Below are positions 14,345 to 27,019 of a stretch of 64,000 bases of DNA, in pieces; the first letter of the stretch is position 1; each line of letters opens with the position of its first letter. The stretch comes from Octopus sinensis (lineage: Eukaryota). The stretch is taken from assembly GCF_006345805.1 (NCBI RefSeq), contig NC_043012.1, positions 18,724,001-18,788,000 on the forward strand, written 5' to 3'. The notes under the pieces are model-generated. The model saw only the letters and a list, made by a program, of their open reading frames with translations. It had not been told where the DNA came from and did no database searches. Position numbers and translations under genes: made by a program.

Positions 14345-14505
14345 TGTCTCTGAGAATATATTGTTTCTCTCCGTGTTTCTTTTCTCTGTATCTTTCTGTT
14401 GAGGGGTGTACGCTCGAAACGTAAAAGACTTGTTTTATTTATATTCCTGAGCGCCATACTAATACAATTGGCTACGTCTTTGGTTTATTTTCATAAAGCT
14501 TCCCG

Positions 14506-14507
<2 letters not shown>
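14345..14507 (+). mobile_element. Short PLE-type non-autonomous repeat carrying a minimal hammerhead-like motif
   Basis: Same layout as the 42430 copy (pyrimidine-rich leader, ctgNNga...gctcgaaacgt, then ttcctgagcg); abuts a (TA)n tract at about 14506. Confidence 0.65.
14391..14428 (+). ncRNA. Minimal type I hammerhead-like motif, core variant CUGUUGA
   Basis: tcttt-ctgttga-g-gggt-gtac-gctc-gaaa-cg-ta-aaaga: 5-bp stem I tcttt/aaaga, wobble-paired stem II, ACGU palindromic stem III, GUA triplet. Confidence 0.55.
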
Positions 14508-14556
<49 letters not shown>

Positions 14557-14719
14557 ATATACATATATGAGCAAAACACCCCCCCCCACCGTCCAATGGA
14601 CTGTGTTGAATCATATCTGCTGAATAAAAAGCAGTGTTTTCTTTTCATTAAAAAATAATTAAGTATGCCTTTATTTCAATAAGATGTTTGGTTTTGTTAA
14701 ACAAAGTTAAGGAAAAACA

Positions 14720-15112
14720 AAAACTTCTTCAGAAACCAAATAGCCTTTCCTTCCTTCATGCAAAGTTTGAAGAAAATATCTCTGTTGCATCTTAATTTTG
14801 GGGTCTCTTAAATATACTGCATTTCGTGGCATTATTTCAACCCAGCCGGCTTTTTTTTGCGCAAGCTGCACGTGCATTTTGTCGCGTACGCGTAGTATCG
14901 ATTGCAACAGCTGATGTACTTGCGCGTACAAATGCACGGACCCACGGCTTTATTGATCGCATTCTCACCCGGAATCCATTTTTGTAATTTCAAGATTCAT
15001 ACACTCCCTGATACCCTCGGTTTGTAGATATCAAATTTGAACGCAATTGGATGGAGGATGTCCGAGATCCTAGAAGACACAGAGAGAGAGAGGACGGATT
15101 TTATATAATAGA
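14720..15112 (-). mobile_element. Helitron-type non-autonomous element, 5' portion (3' CTAG end not found)
   Basis: Minus strand begins A|TCTATTATATAAAA followed by a simple repeat, like the 5' ends at 51798, 51918 and 52506; contains a CpG-rich internal inverted repeat. Confidence 0.5.
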
Positions 15113-15139
15113 TATATACACAACCTGTGTATATATATT

Positions 15140-15360
15140 TGTGTGTGTGTGTCTGTGCTTATCCCCCCACCATCACTTGACAACAGATGTTGCTGTCTTT
15201 ACGTCCCCGTAATCTAGTCATTCAGCAAAAGAAATCGATAGAATAAGTGGTAGGCTTACAAATAAAAATTCCTGGGGGCGATTTATTCGAGTAAAGGTAG
15301 CGTTCCAGCATGGCTGCAATCATATGATTGAAACAAGGAATATAATAAAAAGAAAAGAAT
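15140..15360 (+). mobile_element. SINE family B, 3' half
   Basis: ttgacaac...cgtccccgt...gcaaaaga..cgatagaataagt...ccagcatggc.gca.tca.atga.tgaaacaag, homologous to 39080-39293. Confidence 0.85.
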
Positions 15361-16169
15361 CGAAACAGAAAAGAATATATATATATATATATATATATAT
15401 AATCATATATGTTTTTTTATGTATATATACGTGTGTTTGTGTTTCGCTGGGAAATCCCGTGAGACAGCAGAGCCATTGGTCAGTGTAGATTTAGCCGCCG
15501 GTGCTTTGAAGTATATGCATTCTACATCAGACAACTCGCGAGACGCTTACCGCAGTCAATGGTGGTCTGAACAACCCTTTCACTTTAGGTTTCATGTGCT
15601 AAATAATATTTGTTATAAAGGTTGCTTCTGTAACTAATAGTTTATAATTATGCCACATCACTGCCTGTTAGGCCGCTACTATGCTGTATCGGATTCGTTG
15701 ATTATTGATCTGGCATTCGGAACCTGGCTAGCAGCGGCTGATGATCCGCAATTTACACCGAATTATGTACTGTAGTTGTACCATGTGTAGATGTGTTTGG
15801 TAGAGTTCCTGCCTAAAAATTGCAGTGGAATGAATCTTAAGATAAGAGATAAAATTCAATTTAGATCAATGACACATAATACTAATAGTACAAATTGAAA
15901 GTTGTCCGTTTCATTTATTTGGCATAGTAACGTCACTGTTATAATGTAAGTGGAACAATGTTATAAGAAATGTATGCTTGACTGATTCAAGCATGTGGCA
16001 GATAAACCCTGAAATATGCTGGATATAGTTTTAAGTTTGTAAACAAATCAACTAGATTAAAATTGCCTTCAATCATTTTTATATATAATCCAATAATATA
16101 TTTCATTTGTGTGTCTTCTGTGGATACCTAATCATATTTTTGTAACATACTGTCATTTGTATAAGATAT

Positions 16170-16214
<45 letters not shown>

Positions 16215-16698
16215 TATATATACGCTACAGAACGAAAAATTAATTGCCATTCGTTTGGACACCGCCAAAAGCTTGTATATCACCTCTTACATTGTCACAA
16301 AGACGTATGTTGAAATGCAACCCTTCGGAGTATTTAATATATGTTCTTCAACGCTGAAAATATCACTTGTTTCTTAGGATTAATGTGTTTTACACGTGCT
16401 GTTTTAAGTATTTATCTTCTATTGTACTGTTCAATGTCAATAAAAATACCGCTGTTGTTTCTCAGGTAAATATTCCGCTCCATTATCGTGGGCAACATAG
16501 GATGTTCTTTTTAATACCACAAATGGTGAGATATGGCACCTTAATTTAATGCTTTCACTGAAAATTAATGGAACAACACAAATCGATTATCGATTATTGG
16601 TTAAGATTTCCATATCAATGGTATTAATCACTATCAGCATTAATTTTCGGATAAAGGAACCAAACCCGCTGATAACACTCGTGTTTCTCAATTTAATG

Positions 16699-16764
<66 letters not shown>

Positions 16765-17570
16765 TGTGTGTGAGTACGTGCGTGTATGTATGGTATATAT
16801 ATATATATATATCTATTTGCACACAAATATATATGGGGATTTATTATGTTTATGTATACATACAGTCATATATGATACATATTCATAGAGTTATATATGC
16901 ATTATACATATTTCTTATATATGCAAAGATTTTTAGTTCTGTGTACGTTTTTGTGTGTTTGCATGTAAACGTATGCACAATGTCCTACGTGTAATGGACC
17001 CAGTGTATCTTGACACGTCGCTATTTAAGAATAATGTCTAAAAACTTGTTCACGTTGATTTTATTGCTTTTCATCCACTAATGTTTCCCTCATAATATTT
17101 TCATTCATTGTTCCTAGCGAAATATGAAATTCAAAATATCATCCGTAGAGATTTTAATAAGATTTTGGCTTGTCAATCTACAAAAATTCAGAAATAAAAG
17201 AGATTGTGTTTTATGAATAAAATGTATTTGAATTGAATTTGAGAGGAACCAAAAATTACACGATTAGACATTCGTCCTGCTTCATTTTGATGTATAATTC
17301 TCTAGTCTCTACGCGAATAGTACTTTTTATGTTCTCGTATACATAGTGTGTATATTATCTAAGTAGAAAGAAGAGTCGCAATGTCACATTTATTACCTGA
17401 ATTAAGGAAACATAATTTCGCATGAATTTAAATGTTAACATTTCATAGAAGAATTAATAAGCAATTACAACCTTTCACCTTGAAACACTGTTTGCATATT
17501 TCAGATTCATTTATTATATATTGGAAATGTAATGTGTTACCATTGATAGACAAATATAAACTACTCACAT

Positions 17571-17622
17571 GTCCTTAGTGAATCTGATATCCTAGTGAAT
17601 CTCATGTCCTAGTGAATCTCAT
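17571..17622 (+). repeat. Three-copy 17-bp tandem repeat
   Basis: gtccttagtgaatctgat / atcctagtgaatctcat / gtcctagtgaatctcat. Confidence 0.9.
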
Positions 17623-18259
17623 ATTGACAGAAGAGAAATCTCAAATCAGACTTGACCGAACAGAAAGCTTCAGACACGTTCATTTCGAGATTTTATATTT
17701 TTAACACTACATTGTGCACTGAATTGCATTCCTTCATTTTCAAAACTCTAGGTTAAACTGTGACGGAAATTCAGCTGCTATATCTTGCAAGGGAAACACT
17801 GACTTCAAGGATGCTAAACGACTATTATATGATAGCAAATGTTGAAGAATGCTTAAGATACCAGCTTTCTCAGAGCTAAATGACATGGGATAACTATAGC
17901 TCAATATAATAGCAAAACTAGTCAGTATTTGTTAGAGGAAGTTGTGAGGGAAATTGAAAAAAAATGAGAACAGTGAGCTATAACCGTGATTAAAAGTCCT
18001 AGACTTAAATTTCGTTAAAAGAGTAATAACTCTTACTGCAGTAATCGATTATGATTATTTAGGTAATCCTATGGTTTCATTTTCGCTTTTGATAATATCT
18101 TTATATTTTATCGTCAACAAATGGAATACTAGCAATATTTTCCACACGATATTATCTACTATACCACTCCTTGGACAAATGTGCTCATTTCTTGACACAT
18201 ATAAATTGAAAAGCATGTTATGATAATAATTATTCCAAATTCTTGCCTGAATGGCAGCT

Positions 18260-18428
18260 TGGGGTTGGCGGGGGTGAATCGATTACATCGACCACAGTGT
18301 TCAACTGGTACTTATATTATTGACTCCGTACGGATGAAAGGCGAAGTCGACATCGCAGAATTTGAATTTAGAATGTAGCGATGGGCATTTCGTCCATCAT
18401 GCTGACGATTCCGCCAGAGTATCGCCTT
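18260..18428 (-). mobile_element. SINE family A, diverged copy
   Basis: aatcgattacatcgacc...aactggtactta...ggatgaaaggcgaagtcgac...gaatttgaa is the reverse complement of the family A body. Confidence 0.8.
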
Positions 18429-18714
18429 TATGCTATGATAACAATATTATTAAAATATTATGATTTAATCAACTTGTATAATACTCTTTCTGTAGTTGCC
18501 TAATATATTGTTTCAACTAGCATGACATCATAATTAAAACTAAAATTGTCGTCTAGTAACTTTAATAAAAGTATCCACTTTAGTGCATGCAATGAGGATC
18601 ATTTAATTTTTTTTCTCTGAGCGAAAGATTTATACATGCGTACATAATTGTATACATATTTACACATACTTGTACATGCGTATGGGTGCATATATACATA
18701 CTTACATATATATG

Positions 18715-18720
<6 letters not shown>

Positions 18721-18790
<70 letters not shown>
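18721..18790 (+). repeat. (TAA)n microsatellite
   Basis: Pure TAA tract; no retrotransposon 3' end immediately upstream. Confidence 0.97.
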
Positions 18791-18792
<2 letters not shown>

Positions 18793-21059
18793 TAAATGTG
18801 AACAGCTGTTTGCAACGTTTCACCAAAAAGGAGAATTACAAATGTCACTAAATGCGACTAGTGTATCAGAAAACACTTACATTGCTAAAAATAAGAGCTA
18901 AAACGTTGTAATGCACATGAAGGAAAACTATACACACATGCACACACGTACATACACGCACACACACACACAAACATATATATATATGCGTGTTCATATC
19001 TGTGTTTGTGTGTATCATTGGGACCACAGTTCATAATCGTAATAATTGTTTTCCGATATCTTAATACAGTAATAAAAGAATTTGTAGATACTTCGATTCG
19101 AGAATTCCTTTGCATAACATGTTCATTGCAACATCTCAGGAACAATATCATTCATTTTGGGATATTTCTCTGAATTAATTAGTTTTACAATATTTCACTC
19201 TAAAAAAAAAATTAAATAATTGTACAAGTCTCATGATAAAGTTTCCTACCAAGACAAACGAAATAAAAATAATTACTTTAAAAAATGATCTTGTAAATTT
19301 CAACCATTGGAAATGCAGTTATTGTATTCCCTACTTTATCGGAATTTAAACAAATACTGATTAAAATTATTTCTTAAAACTTTGATTTCTAAACCTGCTT
19401 CCATTCTATACCTGCAACAACTGTTTAATTTACATGCAGTTCAATATGTACACTAAAATAGTTGTGCAGCAATCTCAAATATGATTAGTAAAGAAACAGA
19501 TAAAGTATCGATTGAACATTAGCATAGCCAGAAGCAACACTCTCTTTGGAATTTAAAATAGAGAAAAAAATGACTTGGAATTTTTGAAGGATTAATGTTT
19601 TATTAAAGAAATTACAATAGCAAAATCACTTTTTACATTTTTGTAATTCAAGTTCATTAAGCATTGTAATTGAAAACAACAAATATTTTTCACAAAAAGA
19701 AAAAAATAGAACACAAAAAAAAAACAAACAAACGAAATAACGTAGATTGATTTCTCCAAGTGAGCTTAAATATATTAGCAAGCAATGTTATTCTGGAAAA
19801 CTAAATCAGCTATGAGTATAATTAAAAAAATAATAAGAACGTTAACTAAATAACGTAAAGTTAAACTGATTTTTCAACAAATTATAAGATTTAATTGTAA
19901 ATTAGACAAATTGATATTTTATCTACTTTAGATTCCTTTATTTGTATTTTGATTCTCTAAAATGTAAACAGTCATGGAACGATCATGTCTCAAGATTGGA
20001 TACGATTGTTTCTTATTTTTTAATTTTTTTTTGCAATAAAGCAGCAACCGAAGTAATCATTGACGTTTAGTTACTTTGCTTTGATAAATGAATATATTTA
20101 TTTAAATTATTTATTTAGGAGCGATTAAGTGCAAAATAATTCTGAATTTCTGTTACATAATATGTGAATTAATGGCCATTGTTTTTTCCCTTTTATGTGT
20201 CAAAATCTCCCAAGACAACAAGCGCTAAGGAAATATAAATTGTTATCACATCATTATGAAAGCAATTATATTATAGCATTTGAATGGAAGTATTATAAAA
20301 TGTAGTAATATGTGGTAATATAGCTACTGTCTGAGACAGAAATTCACTATATATCATATTAATGATCTTTCAGAATAACTTTTCGTCAATAGCAACGGGA
20401 AATAATTATTAAACTCTATAATAATAAAACTTGGATTTATATTTTAATTTGCTCGATATCAAAAGGAGAATAAGTATTCTTTCGCGGCAATTGAAATATT
20501 GAGTTATTTCCTTAATTTTGGTCTAAATATCGTTAAAAAATTATGCAATCAAAACATAGCTAGCGCTTGAAAGTTAAGAGTCCAGTGACCTATTTATCTT
20601 TCAGTAATATAGATTAGAAAAGAAATATTAAAATTTAATGACGTAACAGCAGTAACCTGCATTGAAATCGTAAAGTAATCTGTCATTCTCATTACTGTTA
20701 CTGGTTAAATGTGATTGTCATCCCATAACCACAGAAATAATCAAATCAAAGTGCAGTATATTTTCAAACCAGACTGATGTATATCATAACGTTATATCAC
20801 TAGCGAAAATACCGAAATGAGATAACGATTTCAAGTGATGATTATCAAAAATATTGTGGAATATTAGTTAGGTAAAATCAATAATCACAGCGACAAAGCT
20901 ATATCCAATGCAACTTTAAATATTTTTGCAATATGGATGAGACAATTTTTAAGATACGTTCAATTTCGTGAGAAAACAGAAAGAGAGATGCGTTAATGAA
21001 TTTTAGTAACTTACATACATATAATTGCGAGGTTAAAAAATATGAATGGGAGTGTGCTA

Positions 21060-21161
<102 letters not shown>

Positions 21162-21289
21162 CTTTATTTTAAGCAGCAGAAAATTCAACACTGGTATTTG
21201 AGTACTCTGGTATTGAGTACTCTTTTTCCACCTTGTTTCACATTTATGTGTTTACTCCGGTATATATATATATAATATATATATATATA

Positions 21290-21460
21290 TGAAATACTAA
21301 CAAAGAGAAAACACAAAAAAGCGGGGACGTGGAACAGGTATAGTATTATTGGACGTTCAGGAAAGGAAAAAAGAAGGAGCATTTAACGTTCTGAGTGGAC
21401 GGCTTCGTCAGAAACATAGAAAACGGTAAAGTCCAAGGAAGGGAAGACGGAGAAAGACAT
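21290..21460 (-). mobile_element. PLE-type short repeat with degenerate hammerhead motif (21381-21418)
   Basis: Reverse complement (tcttcccttccttggac...tatgtttctgacgaag...aacgttaaat.ctccttct...ttcctgaacgtccaataatactatac) aligns with 42455-42600. Confidence 0.75.
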
Positions 21461-21515
21461 TCGAGTACTATTTTCCCACCATGCTTTGTAATTAAGTGCT
21501 CACCTGTATATATAT

Positions 21516-21576
<61 letters not shown>

Positions 21577-21670
21577 ATATTGGCAGGGCTGGCCTGCTAG
21601 GTAGCCGGCCAGAATGCTAGACTACTGGTTTTAAATTGATATTAAAATTAATATTAATTTATCTCCCTCA

Positions 21671-21722
<52 letters not shown>

Positions 21723-21819
21723 ATATATATATATATTATATATATATATAATATATATATATATATACTTACAGGTTAGCACTTACATGCAAAGCAAGGT
21801 GGGAAAATAGTACTCGAAT
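21459..21819. repeat. About 50-bp inverted repeat pair (21459-21508 / 21770-21819) with a third direct copy at about 21209-21260
   Basis: attcgagtactattttcccaccatgctttgtaattaagtgctcacctgta versus the reverse complement of tacaggttagcacttacatgcaaagcaaggtgggaaaatagtactcgaat. Confidence 0.9.
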
Positions 21820-24004
21820 ACTAAACGTACGGTAAAAAACTTATCTTGAAGCTGAAAAATGATCTCAAAGCTGTTACTCAGAAACGTGTTGATTATATAT
21901 ACATCAATAATACAAAGGTGGATATTAATTAAGAAGAAAAACAATTAAGTTGAACAAAAAATTAAATGAAATATTTTGTAAATATTTCTCTGCAGTAGAT
22001 CTCAAGCAGTAGTGCGTATGGGTGCAGAGAGTCAAATATTTCTCTGCAGCCATAAACAATCTTTTTCTGAGAACTTTTACTATATTTTCCAAAGAAAAGA
22101 GGGACAGAAGAAAAAGGAACATATCCTACCTATTTGAAGACTGTGGAAGTGTTTACAAAACATTTCATTTAATTTTCACTTCAATCTAATTGTTTGTCTT
22201 CTTAATGATTAGCTACCTTTGTTTTACTTTTCGTTGAAAAAGACGAAAAGACTGAAACCGGTACAAACCATTACAAAATGTACTCCATGATGAAATTATT
22301 TTAGCATTTTTTATCTTGTCTTATATTCCTTACAGACACACAGGCACAGGCACACGCACAAACACATGTATGCCAGTAAAACAAGATTTTTCGTGGACTG
22401 ACGGGGAAATGAAGAAAACTATGTCTTAGTATGATGAAGACAGAAAAGAAGGACATAGATTAGATGATTCACTTTCGCGAATTTGTACGTATTGAACTTA
22501 GAAAAGTGCCAACGCTAAAACATGACGTCTTTTGATCAGCTCTAAATCACGATTATGGACCGATTGCTAAACTATATATTTGATCCGGTTTCGAAAATTA
22601 CGGTAGAGGACATATTATGATATTTCGTAAATTACAGGTTATTTAAATGTCCAGACATTCAGTTGAATGAAAAGTTAGAGTTAGATGTATATATGCAAGT
22701 ATGTATATATATATATAAATATATATGGGTGTGCTTGTGTGTCTGCATATGTATGTGTGTATGCATATATATATATGTGTGTGTGTGCTACTTTCTCGCA
22801 TTTATGATTTACTAACGATATATGTGTTTCTTTTTCGGATTTATAATTTACTGACAATATATATACATATATATACATACCGTGTATGTGTGTGTACGTG
22901 GGAATATGTGCATGCATATATGTTCTGATATGTGTATTCATGTAGAATCGTATGCAGAAATAAATTCATACATACAAAAAAGAAGCTATAACATTTTTAA
23001 TGGTTGATACTTTTTTGAAGTAGTCATTAATGAAAATCGTACGATGATTTTTACTTTTTGCATTTTATTACATAGAAAACGTTCAGTATTAGTATGTTTG
23101 CTTGTTTATTAGGTCAATGTCGTCACTATTTTGATGATTTAATCTGCGATTTATTGGAAGTGTGTTTAGAAGGTCAAATTATTGAGAATATATAGTGAGC
23201 TATAACTTTCAGCTATTTTTATAATTAAATCTTTTATTTATTAAAAAATCTCACTTAAATTGAAAAAGTCATTTTTCTGTTTTCCATGCTTCGTTGAATC
23301 AGATATTTACTCAGGAACAGTAATTTAAGGATATTAACAAGTATATTAGTATATCATTAAATGTAGAATGCCAAATTATACTTCGATATTCGCAATCAAT
23401 CGGGGACACACGAATACACACAAACACACACATACAAATCTAAAATCAATTTGCTTTACCAAATTCAACGGGGGCGAAAATATAAATTTTGTTATAATTT
23501 ATTCTATGAGGTCATGTTTGAAAAAGAATCGATTTAATGTAGGTTCTCAAATGAAACTTGCTACGAGTGGAGATTATTAGAAAATGTTTACATTTTGCTT
23601 ATAATTCGAAGCTAGTACATTCTTTCATTAACATGTACAGTTGCATAAATTATGCATGAGATAGAGTTGCCAGAACTGACATAATTTATACTAACCGGCT
23701 GTGTTTGTTTAGCCAAACTATGAAGATATATTTATATAGGGAGACATTTATCCCGTTGTTAGATATCCTTTTCTTCGTAATATCATTTTACTTCTAGTTC
23801 GTATGAATATTCAACATGCAATATTATGCACAATACGAGAAAATATAGTAATTTCCACACTGTAAGTTTGATTAAAGGCAAATTTAAGACAGATTTATTC
23901 CGTGATGTCTCCTCATTTTCAAAGAATTACATTTCATGATTTTTAGAATCTGACGTCTGTTGAAGGTGAGAGCTTTAAATAAGGTACTTCAAAGAATTAG
24001 ATTA

Positions 24005-24048
24005 GAGCACTTCAATGATAAGTTTCGAGCACTTCAATGATAAGTTTC
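24005..24048 (+). repeat. Perfect 22-bp tandem duplication
   Basis: gagcacttcaatgataagtttc repeated twice. Confidence 0.95.
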
Positions 24049-24265
24049 TTTGAGTTTTCTTAGGCTCCTTTACAAATCTATTCACGTAATGATTAAAAGG
24101 TAGAGGAACAACGTGAGGTTGGCGGCGGGCATAGGTAGTACTGTGACTGCGTACTCATTCCTAAAAAAAATATAGGACTATACGAATGATGCTGTACTTG
24201 GTGCTGCATACATAGACAGACAGACATATAGACATACAGACACACAGACAGACGCACAGACAGAC

Positions 24266-24335
<70 letters not shown>

Positions 24336-25885
24336 TCTCGGTGTAAGAAGTTCAAAGAAGTTATGTCCGGGAACTTACAATAGAGAACTCAAACATAAAT
24401 CTGAGGTTGAATAAACACTTAACGCATAATCGTTAGTTCGACAGCACTCACAACAAAAGGTCAATGGAGCATACACAATATAAAGAGTGAAACATTGAAA
24501 AATTAAAACCTGATACATATTAAAATACATAATCGCAAAATATTTACTCATATAAACACTTATACACATTCAAAATTGTTTCTAGTGCAGAATTTACTTC
24601 CAATTAAAGATTTTTATTTTTTTGTGAAATAGAATAGAAATCTTTATTTTAGCGTGGCTGCATAAACGTTTAGTTTAGATAAGATATGTTTTCTTTCGTT
24701 TCCATATTCTAGGTTATACGGCGGAAGCTCGCTGTGGTGTTTTGGAATCTATGATATCAATAAGAATGAAATCAATGGAGATGCTTAAGTTTGTGAATCA
24801 ACGTATTTGGTGTAATTGCCGCATCAGTTCATGGCATAGAAAACCATAGGATGAAGTGCTTCATAGGAAGGCTGGCGTTAAGGGTATCAAAACATTGCGC
24901 TAAGGTACCTTTTCTCCTCCCGATGATCATCATATGAATGACAAAATTTGACAAACGGTCCCTCTCTCTGTCTCTTTATCCCTCCCTTCCTACGTACAAC
25001 CTTTCTCTTATATATGCATGTAAAAGATCGTTCTCTGGGCTTCGTAAATTACATCTGAAACGCACTGTAGACTGTGTAGCAAACTTATGTTAAAGATATA
25101 AGACCCCATAGGTAAATATTTATTTCATTTGTTTCAGTTAACTTATAATTATATTATAATTGTGGCTCTATTAACAATATTCTCCGTGCCCACTATAGTC
25201 TCTTTATATACTTAAATCAGAGGGCAGATGAATATGTTATAAGGAAGTTATCCCAAAAATCTAATAAGATCTCTATCTCATCAATTTCGAAATGAATCCT
25301 CTACTAAGAGGTACATCGTAACATTAAGATACGTAAATAAGATTCAGCTGTTATCACGCTGCGGGGCATATATATCTCATTTGTATATGGTAGTAGTGTG
25401 AAATCACGTGACCTCGCAGTTCCGATTTTCGTCTGTCAGCGATATTATTACGTGTCTTTTTATGCACCAACAGATCCTCTCAAGGCAAGTAACTCTGTGT
25501 TCTGGCACAATTTCCAAGTTGGAGATCAATATTTCACACAGTATATGTTCATAAGAATGCTGTATATTTAAATGACACTGTGTTTAAACCAGATACTTTA
25601 TGTAAGAGTTTTATACCACAAGCCAGTGAAACACACATCAATTACGCAGTTTTGGCGGTCTTTTACCATGCAAAACGGAATACATTTTACTCAGGGGTTT
25701 GTCATTATTTATACCAACATATGCTAATCAGGGACGAGTGTGCTGTTATGGTTCTGTTTATAGATATAATGTGCTATGTCCTTGGGAGACGAACAATGAA
25801 TTGGTCAGGTGAAAATAAAATTTGCAATGTAGGGACCAACAAGAATGTCAATCTATCAGGAAAAGTAGCAGCTGCTATGTCTGTG

Positions 25886-25929
<44 letters not shown>

Positions 25930-26487
25930 AATATATATATATATCTTCCATGTATTCATAGATATTAGGAAATTCTTCGTAATCTTTATTATGCTTTACA
26001 ATCCGATGGAATTATATGGAGAAACGTTATGTTACGGGAGTGATTTCATCGGTTTGAGACTAACTGATGATATCGTTTCACATATTTATCAGCGTTTGAA
26101 TTATATTTTCTATAAATATAGAGAAATGGACCTACTTCTATTATGTTCTAAATGGAATATTTATGGAGTATGCATGAATGTATATTGAATAAACCAAATG
26201 ATCAATTCGTATCACTCATCGTCGACATCTACAGTCTAAATGACAAGAACTCAAAGTGGTCTCTATTCAGCCGTTAAAATTTTGGCCCGGTTTCGACATA
26301 TACGTAGAGCATCATAGATTAGGTATAAATACTAGCGTTGTACAAATAGCTCCATGAATGCTTAGTCGGTGAATATAAATTTGAGCGGCGGCCAACAGCA
26401 AACTATCGTATTTTATCTCGTGGTTGTACTTAGCTAATTATAACTGCATTAATAATACATTCTATTATAGTCGCAACGCATAATATA

Positions 26488-26600
26488 CTGGGGTAGGAAC
26501 CGACACCATTGTTGCACTCAGGGCAAAGACGAACTTTGCGGACATTGAACTTAGAATGTAAAGACGGACGATATGCTTTTAAGCTCACCGTCTAAACTAT
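26488..26600 (-). mobile_element. Highly degenerate SINE family A fragment
   Basis: ggcaaagacgaactttgcggacattgaacttagaatgtaaagacggacga resembles the reverse complement of the family A head and body. Confidence 0.5.
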
Positions 26601-26983
26601 ATTAATAATAAATGTATTTTTTCTTAATGCAGTTTTGAATAATTTCCATATATACATATGCGTGTGCGTGTATGTGTATGTGTAAATATGTATCTGCATG
26701 CGTTTGAATGTGTGTGTGTATGATGTGCTCTATATGCTTCTGTGCGTTTGTTTGCGAGTAAATTTACCCGAAATCATATCCATCAAATGAAATGTTATTT
26801 GTTTTCCACGGAACTAATTATGTATACGTTGTAAACATTTACGGATAAAGCAAATATTTGTAAATTCAACAAATTCGTCGATTAGCATGCTCTCATAATA
26901 ATCCTTGAAGCAATTATACCTATCTATCTAACTATCAGTCAGTCCACCCATCCATCCATCCACCCATCCTTCCATCCATCGAT

Positions 26984-27019
<36 letters not shown>

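Noticed and set aside
15690-15830. Minus-strand GVNCGS...QPLLARFR, resembling the end of an RTE apurinic endonuclease
   Set aside because: Needs a frameshift and a large deletion; too short to support.
17571-17622. Short repeat arrays as possible CRISPR
   Set aside because: Tandem copies without spacers, eukaryotic context, no cas genes.
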